A stretch of DNA of 64,000 nucleotides. Source: Styela clava (lineage: Eukaryota). Of the stretch, positions 50,019 to 62,360 are shown piece after piece. Each line of letters starts with the position of its first letter. Position 1 is the first letter of the stretch. The stretch lies in NCBI RefSeq assembly GCF_964204865.1, contig NC_135264.1, positions 14,260,001 to 14,324,000 of the forward strand, written 5' to 3'. The position numbers were made by a program, and so were the translations under genes. The notes under the pieces were generated by a model, which searched no databases, was not told the origin of the DNA, and saw nothing but the letters and a program-made list of their open reading frames with translations.

Positions 50019-52212
50019 CAGGGGTTCTCAAACTTTTGGCGTTGCGGAGCCCTTGAAAAGGTTGACTATTATTCACGGAGCCCCAAAATAAATGTTAAAA
50101 TTGTTACTTTCTGATTAATATTCCTGAGTAAGTTAAACGTACTCTACTCAATTTAAATACTAAACACTTTTAACCCTCTTTTTCCGCTGGTTACAATCGA
50201 CTTTTTGTACCATTTTATAATATGTAATGACTAGTTAACCAAACGTGCCAGGAACACCCCCAATATCTCTTTGAAAAGCCTATTTTCGCGTCTTCCTACT
50301 AAAACGCGCCCAGATGACGTATCCGCAAACTGTTCGACCTTACCCGGTAAGAAGAGAGAAATTTCAAAAAATTTTGAGAAAACGTTTCACACTCTCATCG
50401 CTCCGATGAACACGAGTTACAAAGAAACAAGATTTAAGCGCTCTGCTCAAAGAGCATTACGTCACCTTTGCAGAAAAACCAGACTCAGCTTCGCAAGCGA
50501 AGCGAAACGCGAAATATTCAACGATATGTAAGAGCATGTTCACGATAGTTGTCTGGAATCTTTGTTTGTTTATTATGTGCGCGAAATTGTTTCCCGCTCG
50601 ATCAAATGACTTATCTTTGAAGTAATGACAAATACTTTCGTGTATCTCTAAGCTTTGAAATACCTACACAAATAAAATTCACCTAGTAGTAGAATAAAAA
50701 ATTTACAAAAAAAAAAATTTTGACGGATCAAGCACGGATCATAGTTGGAAGTCAAAAATGATTTTAGTTAGTGCGGGAATACTTCACAAAACATGAACAT
50801 AAACGTAAAATAGTCCGAAAATAACTATTATTGTCATATTATGACCAAGGATGGTAGTACGAATATATATATCATTAGGAAAAAGAGAGTTAATAGGGTT
50901 AATACAAGTCATAAATAAATCTAAATTTTAAAGATAAATTGTATAATATACTAAAGCTATAAATTTGACACATGACAAACATATTAATAAATTAGGGGTC
51001 GAATCTTTTCCTCTCTTGACATTTTTGGAAGACTTAAAAGGCTGCTAATAACGTGCGCGATTGCATTTTGTTACAATCGCCGATTGTTTTCGTCAGCATG
51101 GCGTGTTTTTGAACCTCAAACATCTTTACGCCGGTGTTTATTTTCCCTAAATAAAAAATTTCCTTCGGCATATGCATGTATTGTTCCACAATGACGACGA
51201 TAATTGCTTTTTCTTTCTCGTGGGGAATTATGAGTTCAATGTGAAAAACATGTTACCATATTATAATCATCGGCGACGAAATGCTAAAAATAATAGTCAA
51301 TAAAGTGGTAAATCTGCAATTCAAATTTCTTGATTAAAAAGCGGCCTTCTAAAATATTAGAACTAAAACTTAAAATGGAAGATAACACTATAAGTTTTGT
51401 TTCAGCAGACTCACGTCAGAATAAAAACGCTGTTATAGACATCGAAAATCATAAAATTTGGTGTTATGTTAGGTTTTCGGTTATTCATCGTAGTAACTGC
51501 GAAATTGAAACACAGTCATTTAATTATGCGTGCGATGTACCATTTTTCCTTTCTGAAACTACCGACAGAGCCGCATGCACTAAAATAAATTTCTATCGTT
51601 CGTATTTTGCCAAGACCTTGTGATTTTTCAAACGGCGACATCTTGCTTAAAAATAATCTCGAGTGCGAAAGAACAAATAAAGTTTAACAAATCTCAAGAT
51701 CGCAAAAATACGACTCCATTTTATTTATAGTTAGCAGTTTATCACGCAGTTTATGTTATTTTAGACTAGTATTTTATCATTTTAGTAATCCTAATAGTTA
51801 TTTCGAATCGAATGTGAGTAACGATGAGCACAATTAAATTATTACGACAAGACCCTTTAGATGCTCGCATCGGTCATGAATTGAATATTTTACGCAACAG
51901 AGATCTCGTTATCCGTTTTTTTTGAATCGTCAAGAATGTTGCACGTAAATTTCCGATTTCAATTTTGAACCTCCTCCCTCTTAAGAATCCTGGCTGCGCT
52001 CCTGCTTATAAATAATGTCATTTTTTAATTCCGCCCCTTTGCCATATTTCGAGGCTATATTTGTCAAATTTCATCAAAGCTAGTATTGCTTCTAGGAACA
52101 GTTTTAAATTAGCCAAGTCAGTATTTTGAAAAGTAATCGAATAGCTCGCGGAGCCCCTGGGTTTCTCTCGCGGAGCCCTGGGGCTCCGTACGGAGCACTT
52201 TGAGAACCTATG
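50019..52212. mobile_element. Non-autonomous hAT (Charlie/Buster-like) element 1
   Basis: TIRs CAGGGGTTCTCAAA / TTTGAGAACCTATG, subterminal GCGGAGCCC repeats, 8-bp TSD GTCTAGAC at 50011-50018 and 52213-52220. Confidence 0.9.
50174..50889. mobile_element. piggyBac-like MITE nested in hAT element 1
   Basis: TTAA|CCCTCTTTTTCC ... GGAAAAAGAGAG|TTAA (11/12 TIR match, TTAA TSD). Confidence 0.75.
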
Positions 52213-52344
52213 GTCTAGACCAGTGGTTCCCAAACTTTTTGTACCATCGCCCCCCTAAAGTAGTTTATACAACTTCATCGCCCCCCAGCACTACAAAAAA
52301 ATGTAAAGCCAAATAAGAAGACAACTCGTAGTTTATAGTGTTTT

Positions 52345-52545
52345 TTAATGAGATGGATGAGCTTGATGTTCGTCAGCGAGTTTATTATTATATCTAAAAT
52401 TACCCCGTTTACTGATGGAAAGGCGATTTCGTTGTTTTGGTAGCAATAGTAGCACGGCAGAAAATCCCTTTTCACCATGTAAGAGTTCGGAAATGAAACA
52501 ATCCAGGGTTTTACCTTCTCAAAAACCGCCGTGTACTCTTGCCCT
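52345..52545 (-). pseudogene. Buster/ZBED8-type hAT transposase C-terminal dimerization-domain remnant
   Basis: QEYTAVFEKVKPWIVSFPNSYMV, frameshift, then EKGFSAVLLLLPKQRNRLSISKRGNFR...KLADEHQAHPSH*. Confidence 0.85.
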
Positions 52546-54099
52546 ATAGCATTTAACTCCTTAAATACACATCATTTCATCATTAAAATAATGAAAACAA
52601 AGTTACTCTTTCTAAACTTATATTAATTATTTTCGTACATCTCGTTCGTCCCTACAGCCTGATGACCTGCACCAAAATACATGATATATAACGGCCTTTG
52701 GTAAAATTCATCCCCGATTCCTCATCCTACCACGTCATCCAGTCCGATCACCAGTCCATAGAATTAATCAGCCAATTGTTTGGGATTCGTGCACTCGGAT
52801 GTGGAAGAAGTCGTGACCAACTAACGGCTACGGCCCATGGGTCGGCACACTTTATGTCGCTCGCGGGACAAAATTTAGGGTTGCTGGTCTTTTACGGGTC
52901 GCATATATTTTTTTAAAAAGTTTAAAAAAACGGAACAGCGTGCAAAAACTGCGACAATTCGTGATCTCAACTCAGTCGTCCTACTGAAAAATTATTACAA
53001 TGACATTTATTGTGACACTGTCTTGTTGGCCGTATTACGCTTGATAGACTTACGACGACAAGATTGGAACATTTTCTAAATGGGCATCACTAATCCTAGT
53101 TCTTTGTAATGTTTATTTTCGAAAATAATTGTTCGCACAAATCTGTACTTTCAAACATCGAAGAGAATATTTTCGCATGGTTTGTGAAATTTCGATGAAG
53201 ATTTTTTTAAAGAAGATACATTCTTACAAAAATTAAGCGGTGAACGAATCTCTTGAATAGAATATGAATTTAATTTCCTCATTGCATTGCAATATATTCG
53301 AATATTTACTGTGCTATTGAACCCCTGCACTCAACATCAACTTTTCTGCGTGTTTCCATTTGTCTAATTATAATTAAATTGTAGGCTCGTTAAATGAGTA
53401 GCTGTTCAGTAGAATTTTCAGGATATAATGAAATTCAGTCTAAACGTGTCTCACGATAAATTATGTTACGTAAAAATTGTAATTTACTGCTCGAGCGTAG
53501 ATTATAAATAAAACTAATTCTTCGTCAAAACCGCCGCTTGGGTGTTTCCCCGGGCATAGACTTCCTTGTTTACTTCGTGACATTGGCCAATCAGCAAGAT
53601 GCAAGAATAAACGTAACAATGCCCCCTTTCGCATCCGCTCAGACACATTTCTCACTCAGACAGATTTTCAGGCGCGGTCGTGAACATCACCTCATTTTCG
53701 CGTTTTTGAATTATATTCGTTAGTTTTAGTTGTTTTTTCGGAAATTCAAATATAAATCGAATAAGTCAATGATCACTTTGTCTTCCTAGAAGTTTCAGTT
53801 TAATTACAGTATTCAAAAATTAGTATAGAAATAGCTGTGATAAAATTCTTTACCGGTACTTTTAAAAAAAAAAATGTTGAATGGTATGAATTAGAATGAT
53901 AGTTTGAAACAAATACCCTATTTTACAGGCAACAAGTCGCAAAACCACTTTTAGAATAAGCACTGAAAATTTTAAAATGGTAAAGTATAAGAAGCATTTT
54001 CCGGGGTCAAATGTCGGGGAAAGGTCCATTCAGTGAAGCATCCCGGGTCAGGTTATTTTACTCCGGCCGTATTGTGCCGACCACTGGGATACGCAAACT

Positions 54100-54214
54100 G
54101 CCGTACCTTACTGCGAAGACGAGTCCAGCAATCCTTTCGCTTGTGATAATCGCCCACGTAATTCAAACCTATGAAAGCACGCAGAGTTTAGTAACCAAGT
54201 GCACGATGCGCCGA
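54100..54214 (-). mobile_element. SINE 5' fragment nested in hAT element 2
   Basis: gagtccagcaatcctttcgc...aattcaaacc...gcacgatgcgcc is the reverse complement of the SINE head. Confidence 0.7.
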
Positions 54215-54509
54215 ACAAAAACGGGTTTCGCGAAATCGCCCCCCTGTCGCCCCCTTCGACTTTTTCGCCCCCCTCTGTATCGTTTTCGCCCACCGGGGGG
54301 CGATATCGCCCACTTTGGGAATCACTGGTCTAGACAGATATATTCTTATGAGGAGACACGAAATGCTCAGCCTTATAAATCTCTTCGCTACGTGGGTGGC
54401 GTGCATTATATTCCTACAACACCACTGAGAGATGTTCAATTGTCAGATAACACACTTACTCCTGCTTGCCAAAATTCATAAGGATTGAACACAAGCCATG
54501 ATTGCATCG

Positions 54510-54515
54510 TTTATT
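54510..54515 (-). terminator. Candidate polyadenylation signal of TKT
   Basis: Minus-strand AATAAA ~490 nt after the stop codon. Confidence 0.35.
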
Positions 54516-55003
54516 TGAGATATTGCTAATATGATAATTACTGGCAGAATTATTCAACTAAATAACTAATAGAGAATCATGAAACCAAAATTTTTCTAAA
54601 CACTGAATTTCACACTGGCATTGATTTTGTAAATATAGACTAGGGGGATTGAAAACAAGCCATGATTGCATCGCTAATATGATAATTAATCAACTAAATC
54701 AGCATTGGTGCATTGATTTTGTAATGTAGTGACTGACTTTCCGTATAACAAACTGTACAAATATAGGTAGGTAAACCATGTTTAAGCACTTGGGTGGTAC
54801 CATGATGAGTGTCTAATACATCAGATAATGGCGTTACTGGCAAAATACTGGAGATTCAAAAGTTAATATATGGCACTGCGATAGTAAAATGAAATTGGTG
54901 ATAATTGTCTATAACTTGAAACTTGGGTTTACATTGATCTCCGAATGAGTGAAAATGTGTCATATCTGCATAATTGTTTGTTGACGAGTAGTATTTTGAA
55001 GTT

Positions 55004-56893
55004 TTATTGTGATGACAGTTCTTGTACCGCTTTGACAATTGAAGCAGCATCTATTCCGAACATTGACAGCAGCTCGGCCGGTTTCCCACTGCGGGGAATC
55101 TCCTTTACTGCGAGGCGCCTGAGAATTATTCCACGAGTATCTGCTAGTGCCTCTGCTACTGCACCCCCAAGACCTCCTTCGGGGTAGTGGTCTTCCACGG
55201 TAATTATACGACCGTCAGTCGCTTTTGCACATGCACTCAAAGTAGCCTTGTCAAGAGGTTTGATGGTAAAAGGATCGACAACACGGATATGGATTCCTTT
55301 GCTTTTCAGGGTCTCGTATGCTTTCATAGCTTCGTGTAAAGTAACACCAGCCCCAACAACAGTGACGGTGTCCTTTTCGCTTTGTTGAAGAATATTTGCT
55401 CTCCCGATTTTGAATTCCCTGTCGTTTTCGTAAATGACATAGTCATCTTGACGACTTGCACGAATGAAACAGATTCCGCTTGTATTTGCAGCTAACTCCG
55501 CTGATCGTTCAGTCGAGACGGCATCGCTCGGGTAGAAAACGGTCGAGCCAGGGATTGTTCTAAACATTGCTATATCTTCTAAAGCCATTTGCGAAGGTCC
55601 ATCAGCACCAATAGCAACTCCGCAATGTGTGCCAACAAAGTTGACATTGGTTTGTGACACTGCGCCCATTCTGATATGATCGAAAGCCCTGGTGTAAAAG
55701 GCGGAAAATGTACTACAGAATGGAACAGTACGCCCTCTAGTGCCAGCTCCAATTGCAGCGCCGACCAAGTTTTGTTCGGCAATGAAGCACTCAATGAAAT
55801 TCGCGCTACCAGGGAAGGCTTTCTTGAATTCGATGGAATAGGTTGAATTTTTAACATCACCATCAAGTGCGATAACACGCTCATTATTCTTTCCAAGTTT
55901 AGCAATTGCGTTTCCATAACCTTTCCTGCTCGAAACTTTATCTCCGATTTTGTAATTTGGAGGAGAAGAAAGCTTTATATTGCTTATATCAACAGCTGGT
56001 GCATCATCCACTGGAGCTTGAGGTTGTAATCCAGTTGGAGGTCCAGAGATGAGAGATTCAAGATGTTCCAGAATCTTGCTTTTCTCAGCTGGAGGAACAG
56101 GCTTCCCGTGAAAGTTTTCCAAATTCTCCTGCCCAAGGATGTTTCTTCCTTTGAAAGTTTTTGCGATGATGCAGGATGGTTTACCTTTGCAGGTTTCGGC
56201 ATCATAAAAAGCCTTGCATATTGATGGAATGTCATGTCCATCAACGACAATCGCATTCCAACCAAAAGCATCGACACGTTTTCTGTAGGTCTCCATGTCA
56301 TGTCCCAGAGCTGTAGCCTGGCTTTGACCAAGACGGTTTACGTCAATTATAGCAACGAAGTTGTCCAGTTTATAATAACTTCCGAACATTATAGCTTCCC
56401 ACACTGACCCCTCCGCGACTTCTCCATCTCCCAGCATACAATAAACCCTGTAGCTTGCTTTATCAATGTACTTTCCCACATATGCCATACCAGCAGCTGC
56501 ATTAATGCCTTGACCCAATGATCCAGTTGCCACATCAATAAAGTCAAGTCTTGGAGTTGGATGGCCTTCCAAATCACTTCCAATTGTTCTAAGTTGCATC
56601 AATTCTTCTTCCGTGATATGACCAGTTTCAACCCATGCAGAGTACAAAGCAGGACATGCATGGCCTTTGGACATTACAAATCTATCATCAGAGGGATTTC
56701 GAGGATCATGAGGGTGAAATTTCATCGTTTGGAAAAACAAAACTGACAGAAGATCCGCCGCGCTCGACGACGATGTCGGATGTCCAGAATTACTCGCCGA
56801 AGTACATTTTATGCTGTTGATTCTTATTCTATTTGCAATATTGTTCAACTCCTCAATCTTTGCGGCATCGGGAATATGGTAAACGTCGCTCAT
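55004..56893 (-). CDS. TKT: Transketolase (animal TKT type), single exon, 629 aa from MSDVYHIPD
   Basis: [27 protein letters not shown], ThDP motif GDGE..EG.VWE...[24 protein letters not shown]; first ATG at 56893 (the ORF track start at 56956 is not ATG). Confidence 0.98.
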   Translation of the reverse strand: MSDVYHIPDAAKIEELNNIANRIRINSIKCTSASNSGHPTSSSSAADLLSVLFFQTMKFHPHDPRNPSDDRFVMSKGHACPALYSAWVETGHITEEELMQLRTIGSDLEGHPTPRLDFIDVATGSLGQGINAAAGMAYVGKYIDKASYRVYCMLGDGEVAEGSVWEAIMFGSYYKLDNFVAIIDVNRLGQSQATALGHDMETYRKRVDAFGWNAIVVDGHDIPSICKAFYDAETCKGKPSCIIAKTFKGRNILGQENLENFHGKPVPPAEKSKILEHLESLISGPPTGLQPQAPVDDAPAVDISNIKLSSPPNYKIGDKVSSRKGYGNAIAKLGKNNERVIALDGDVKNSTYSIEFKKAFPGSANFIECFIAEQNLVGAAIGAGTRGRTVPFCSTFSAFYTRAFDHIRMGAVSQTNVNFVGTHCGVAIGADGPSQMALEDIAMFRTIPGSTVFYPSDAVSTERSAELAANTSGICFIRASRQDDYVIYENDREFKIGRANILQQSEKDTVTVVGAGVTLHEAMKAYETLKSKGIHIRVVDPFTIKPLDKATLSACAKATDGRIITVEDHYPEGGLGGAVAEALADTRGIILRRLAVKEIPRSGKPAELLSMFGIDAASIVKAVQELSSQ

Positions 56894-56925
56894 TTTGCTT
56901 AGAAGACGATGTGAAAACACGAAGG

Positions 56926-56955
56926 CTGAAACCAACTGGGAAGAGATTGAAAACA
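56926..56955 (-). promoter_or_regulatory. Splice acceptor(s) upstream of the TKT ATG (putative trans-splice site)
   Basis: Minus strand gttttcaatctcttcccag|ttggtttcag| 32-42 nt upstream of the ATG. Confidence 0.5.
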
Positions 56956-57423
56956 CGCCTTGTCACTTCAGCAGCAAGTGGACTCATGCCGGTGAGACAG
57001 AATATTTTAGATAATTCCTACGCGCATATAAATTTGATAAAATTTCAAAGACAATGTTTAAATCGACATTAATTTGAGTGAGAACTACAGCAATATTTAC
57101 CCAATAAAAAATTTTTATATATTTTTTTTGTGCGAATTTAAATTTAAAACGATAATTTTCAACGATATCATTCAATTTGTTCACTTTATTATTTTCGCGT
57201 GTCATTGAGAGAATGCCGCATTTGAAATTTGGAAATGAGCCGTTGCAAAGCGCCACAACGTGACGAATAATTGCTGTATCATCGTGAGTATCGGTCATTT
57301 TGGTCAGAAGTTTGTTGTAGTACGTTTCATTATTCGCCTATTTTCGTTACTCCATTACTATAAAAATATACAAATTCATATTGTGATTGAAGTACATGAT
57401 GATGTAATTCTTTTTATGTAGTG

Positions 57424-57490
57424 GTCGGTGTGGCGCATCGTGCTAAGCGTTGGCTTGAGCGTTAGGAATACATTCGCCAACGCACACCTG
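57424..57490 (+). mobile_element. Same SINE family, 5' head split by the Harbinger element (resumes at 58591-58615)
   Basis: cggtgtggcgcatcgtgctaagcgtt...ttaggaatacattcgcc; ctgattactttacgtgggtttgcag resumes after the insertion. Confidence 0.8.
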
Positions 57491-58590
57491 GGGCCCCATT
57501 CACAAAGCTTCGTTACCGCTTAACGTGTTAGTTAAGCACCGACTTTCTCGTGAAAAGCAAAAATGGTATTCACAGAGCTTCGTAAATATTCGAGAGAGTT
57601 TTTTTGGCGCCAAATGAGACGTCTCGTAAAGTGCCTTCTTCTCACATTTTATCGAGAATCGGTATTCACGAAAGTTCTTTAACCGCTGAAGAGCTCGCTA
57701 GCTAACGAGAACAATCTTCGCCTCGTTAACAGTTCGGATTGCTCTCAGCAGTGATTCAAATTAAAATAGGCTCGTTGGGACGTTAGCATACTTTGTAAAA
57801 ATTGGCATAGTATCAAGGGGCCTTACTCAGGTAAGCGTGTATGTAGTCTAGTGCCGTTAACTTAGCTGTGGAATATCTGCCGCATTTACAGATTAAACTA
57901 GGGTTGAGATTCAGAGATTGTTCAGTTGTTGAAGTCATTGTTTTTTGTTTATTCTAGCACTGGCCTACAGTATTATGAACACAGATTCACAAATGGCTAC
58001 CTATATTGAAGCTTGCAGAAGAAAAGTCCAACAATCTCTCCATGTCGTATCCGAAAGAAAAAAATTAGCTAGATGCAAATGAAAGGACCTTAATAGAGGA
58101 CTATAGACTCAATGAAAAATTAAAAATATGGAATCTTAACAAGCTTTGGCAACTCACTGATTTTATTGTCTGTTACACAAATAGTTCACAATATGTAATT
58201 TGTTTTGTGGCAATAAATCTCTCTCTGTGTAACTTCAGCATTTATTCCATGTAGCCTATCCGTCAGTCTATAGATTACGCCACTGCTATATGAACAAAAT
58301 TTCAAAACGCAGGCTGCAAAGGTGAAGCAGAGAAAGCCGATAGGTTACCGCGAAGGCGAAAGACGCTCGACCGTAAGCGGCGACAACTGATACGGCTGAG
58401 TGATCAGTCAATGCATTTTGTTCAACTGCGACCGTGCGTAAGATTTCGAGAGAATGCTAGTGACCGTGCGTCAAGTGCTTACGAGGTCTTTGGTGAATCG
58501 CATTTAACGAGATTTCGCTATCACGATTCTGAGAGACACAGTTACGAGATCGTAAACCCGGCTTTTTACGAAGTTTAGCGAATGGCGCCC
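57491..58590 (+). mobile_element. PIF/Harbinger non-autonomous element inserted into a SINE head
   Basis: TIR GGGCCCCATTCACAAAGCTTCGT vs revcomp GGGCGCCATTCGCTAAACTTCGT, 3-bp TSD CTG; degenerate HARBI1-like N-terminal fragment (..N*LDANERTLIEDYRLNEK) near 58060-58120. Confidence 0.85.
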
Positions 58591-58639
58591 CTGATTACTT
58601 TACGTGGGTTTGCAGAGAGAGAGAGTTAGGAAGAGAGTT

Positions 58640-59128
58640 TATTGGACACGTTTAGTGGCCATAACGATATTTTCAAAATTTTGTTGTTATTGTTATTGGA
58701 CACGTTTAGTGGCCATAACGATCGTTTCAAAATTTTGTTGTTATTGTTATGGTTATTTGTCTCCGTCTCCATTTTTAAAAAATTGCTCTTCTCTTCGAAT
58801 ACTGGACCAATTGCTTTGATATTTTCAGTGGTTAAAGATAAAATTTTTCTCCAGAAGGCTATCCCTTTTTTTTTGCTATGACGTCATCAAAATTATTGCC
58901 ACTGGGTGGCGCTACGTGTCCATATATTTTATCATAGCTATATTGTTGTTATTTGTCTCCGTCTTCATTTTTAAAAATTCGCTTTTCTCTTCGAATACTG
59001 GACCAATTGCTTTGATATTTTCAGTGGTTAAACATAAAATTTTTCTCCAGAAGGCTATTACTTTTTTTTTCGCTGTTACGTCATCAAAATTATTGCCACT
59101 GGGTGGCGCTACGTGTCCATATATTTGT
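58640..59128 (+). mobile_element. HINE-family array: duplicated 5' ends and two tandem core modules
   Basis: ttattggacacgtttagtggccataacgat twice (58641, 58694); core ...tcttcgaatactggaccaattgctttg...gggtggcgctacgtgtccatatattt twice. Confidence 0.75.
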
Positions 59129-59405
59129 AACAATTTGTAACCACAGTTTTTAATATTGGATGAAAAATAAATAAGGTTAACACTAAACACAATAAATAAG
59201 GTGAACACTAAAAACAAATACGTTAAGCTATTGTTTACAGGGGGGGGGGGGGGGGGCAATTCTTTTTATAATATGAATGTTATAGGGCTGATTTTCTAAT
59301 TGGGCACTAGTTGCAGAATTTGTTATTATATGAGAGAAATTGTTATCAAAGTTATTTGAGATTTGAGCGAAAATTATAGAGCATGGACATAACAGCAATA
59401 CAATA

Positions 59406-59826
59406 ACAAGAGAGCTACGCACAAATATATGGACACATTAGACCAGAGCGAATCAGTCTTTACCGGTACCTTTGACGCTACCGGTACCCTCAAAAAAGTT
59501 CTGAATTTCCAGTAGCAAGAATTTTGCAGAATCAAAACGTACAGCCAGTCATGACACTGACTAAAATCCGTGTTCCCATGGATAAAAAATAATACAGCAA
59601 AATTTTAGACGAAATATCAAATTTCATAGAATTCACGCAAAATTTTGAAATAAATAAAAGTAATAGCCTTCTAGCGAAAAAATTAATCTTTAACCACTGA
59701 AAATTTCAAAGCAATTGGTCCAGTATTCGAAGAGAAAAGCGACTTTTTAAAAACGTGTCAAAGAACAAGAACAACAACAACAACATAATATTGAAACGAT
59801 CGTTATGTCCACTACGTGTCCAATAA
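59406..59826 (-). mobile_element. Helentron/HINE-like element, near-identical inverted copy of 38732-39151
   Basis: Reverse complement matches over ~420 bp with only a handful of differences; interrupts the LINE 3' region. Confidence 0.75.
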
Positions 59827-59872
59827 TATGACTCGAATACGTAAGGAAATAAACCTTATCATCTTTTTTCAT

Positions 59873-60785
59873 CTATCCATAGTCATCAAGTAGATGAATT
59901 TTCAATCGCTTACTGAATGTTGCAAGTGAGTTTTCTTTAATATTAGACGGAATTTTTTTCTCAAATTAGAATGCCTTCTGTTTTGAGCGTTTTTTTGTTA
60001 ATGAAAAAGAATGCCGAGGAATGAAATAAGTCCTTTTTGTAACACTCCTTGTGGCATGGCTATGGATGGTTGAACTTTTTGAAAAAAAGTTATGAAATAT
60101 AGAGGGTAGCATATGATTTTCGAAGCCATACATAAATTTGGCAATTTCAGAAAGATAGATATCTTTCAGTTGCAATACTCCACACTGCTTGTATAAGAGT
60201 GAGTTATGAGCATGCTGTGATTCTGCAGATAGCATGCAGCGAATTGCTTTGTTATGCAGAATTACTAGTGGTTTTAGCGTAGTTTTATTAGTTCCTCCCC
60301 AACTTATAATGCCATATTTCAGATGAGAGTATATGAGACTATAGTATACAATTTTTAATGCATCGATACCAAGGATTCTACGTAACTTATACAATATTCC
60401 GAATGATTGTGAAACTTTTTTTCATAAGTGATCAATATGAGGTTTCCATGACAAGATCTCATCTTGGATTATACCCAAATACTTAATACATTTTGTTCTT
60501 TCTATCTTTTTATTGTCAATTTGTAGATGGAACTGCCAATTAGTTTGCCTGGAACCAAAAACCATTTAGTTTTTGAGAGGTTTAATGATAATTTATTACT
60601 TTTTAGCCATAAGTTGACCATCTCGATTTTTTTATTGATCGAAATCTGCAGTTCTCCACAGCACGCAGCAGAATCAATGAGCGCGGTATCGTCTGCAAAA
60701 AGAGTCGAGTCTAAGCTAGTTGCTGCTGGTAAATCATTGATATATATTAGAAATAGAAGCGGTCCAAGAGTACTCCCCTGCAATG
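59873..60785 (-). mobile_element. 5'-truncated, frameshifted non-LTR retrotransposon (CR1/L2-type LINE) ORF2 remnant
   Basis: RT motifs QGSTLGPLLFLIYINDLP and LFADDT, WLKSNKLSLNLSKTK, YYSLIYSHLKYGIISWG, C-terminal ...FSKRLKIHLLDDYG*. Confidence 0.92.
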
Positions 60786-61170
60786 CATTTTTATAAAAAT
60801 CTGTACTATTGTCTTTTTTAACATATTTTTGTGGAAATAAATCGCTCTCTCTCTTTTCTTCACTTTTAATAGGATAAGCAGAACATTTTTCCTTGTTTCT
60901 ATTGATTACGTGATACGTACAATTTTTTATCCCAGTTCCAATTTTTATCAATTATTTGTGTGTCTAGTTTCTTTCAAAATTCTGTTCAAACATGAAATGA
61001 TGATTATGATGGAATGACTCCCGATTATGTCTAAAATACACCCATCTTGCCAAAAATAAAGTAAGAAACACAATCATCTTGGTATAATCTGAAGGGAACG
61101 ATACGACCATGGTGAACTGCTACCATCTTTACAAGTGCTTTAGTGTGTAAGATGACTAATATAAATGTCT

Positions 61171-61483
61171 CGGCGGTGTGGCGCATCGCACCAAGCATTA
61201 GGAATACGCTCTCCATCGCATCTCTGATTACCTTTCGTGTATTCGCAGGTTCGAATTCCATGCGGGGACATTATGAGCGAGAGGATCGCTGGACTACTCG
61301 CTGCCGTAGGGTGGTTCATATAACCGCTGGTTTGTTACGGCTTCCTGCACCATCAAGTCCATGTAACAAAACCAATGCCCGACATGGACTGGTAACCAGA
61401 CGAGAGGCTGCGGTTCGCCAAATGATCACGTCGTCTGATCGTCTTTCCATTTCGCCGGGATAAATATATGAATCCTATCCTAT
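61171..61483 (+). mobile_element. tRNA-derived SINE, full-length copy
   Basis: A-box-like TGGCGCATCG, B-box GGTTCGAATTCC (61248-61259), ATCCT-repeat tail; homologous fragments elsewhere in the window. Confidence 0.85.
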
Positions 61484-62360
61484 TCTGAATATTATAGAAG
61501 TCACTACCGGTTTTTATCTTTTTCTAGCTGTGATGTCCTTATCATACACGCTTGGTCTTATGTTTGAGTGGTGGTATAAGGGTTGTAGATAGTACAATAT
61601 TGTTCCTGCAAGGTTACTAATTATTGCAACTAGGCGAGCAGTAGAGCTATGTTGGATTCTCCCCTTCAGATTTTAATTTGCTGTGGGTCATTGTAATTGG
61701 ATTTGATTTTTATATCATTCATGTATGCATGCCTTTTATGTTAAGGCATGGTGTTTGAGTTGACTTGTTGGCCAAGGTAAAGATAGTAAAATTTTGTGTG
61801 TTTTTTGCATGGTGTGATAAATTTTTCTCTGTCCCAAGCAGAATGTCATCATGTCATCACAATACATCCCATTTAATTAAACAATTATTTTTTGCCTGTA
61901 ATAAATAGTTCAGAGCGTTCCCCTTCACCCAATCATTGAAACATCTACTCGCGGTTTTATTTTTTGTTTTTCAGGTTACTTCAACCCAGATAGCACAACT
62001 ACGTTGGGCCAACGTTATAATCCGCCGGCAACCGTTGTACGCGGTTTTACAACCATTTACCATGGTAAGGCCATGATTGGCCTTCAACGAAACACGACAT
62101 TATGCGAAGAAATGGGCGCGCGATTCGAATATAGCACATGAGGTCGCCATTTATTTTGGCGGTACTCGTAATCGATAGTCTGTTACGAGGTTGTTGCCGT
62201 GGATGGGACAGTGACATTGAACTTTTTTGGCTTTCATAGTAGAATGGCGAAAGTAGAGATAGCCTAGTTGTAACCGTGTAAGTTTATCTCATGGTACCGG
62301 TACCCTAAGTGCGTTGTCAGGTCACGGTTCATAAGGGTGATAGGGTACCATACCGGTACC

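Larger units (their letters stand above)
52221..54327 (-). mobile_element. Non-autonomous hAT (Buster-type) element 2 with a transposase C-terminal remnant
   Basis: TIRs CAGTGGTTCCCAAA / TTTGGGAATCACTG, subterminal TCGCCCCC repeats, TSD GTCTAGAC at 52213-52220 and 54328-54335. Confidence 0.92.

Noticed and set aside
54011-54481. 156-aa plus-strand ORF
   Set aside because: It spans a SINE fragment and the hAT right terminus; no recognisable protein similarity
56894-56956. 21-aa N-terminal extension of TKT in the ORF track
   Set aside because: It starts at a non-ATG codon and spans the polypyrimidine/AG acceptor; homology begins at MSDVYH
61171-61265. tRNA gene
   Set aside because: A/B boxes are present but there is no cloverleaf, and it continues into a multi-copy SINE body and tail
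61985-62060. CCCAGATAGCAC... possible CACTA/EnSpm-type left terminus
   Set aside because: No matching right terminus or TSD was found within the window
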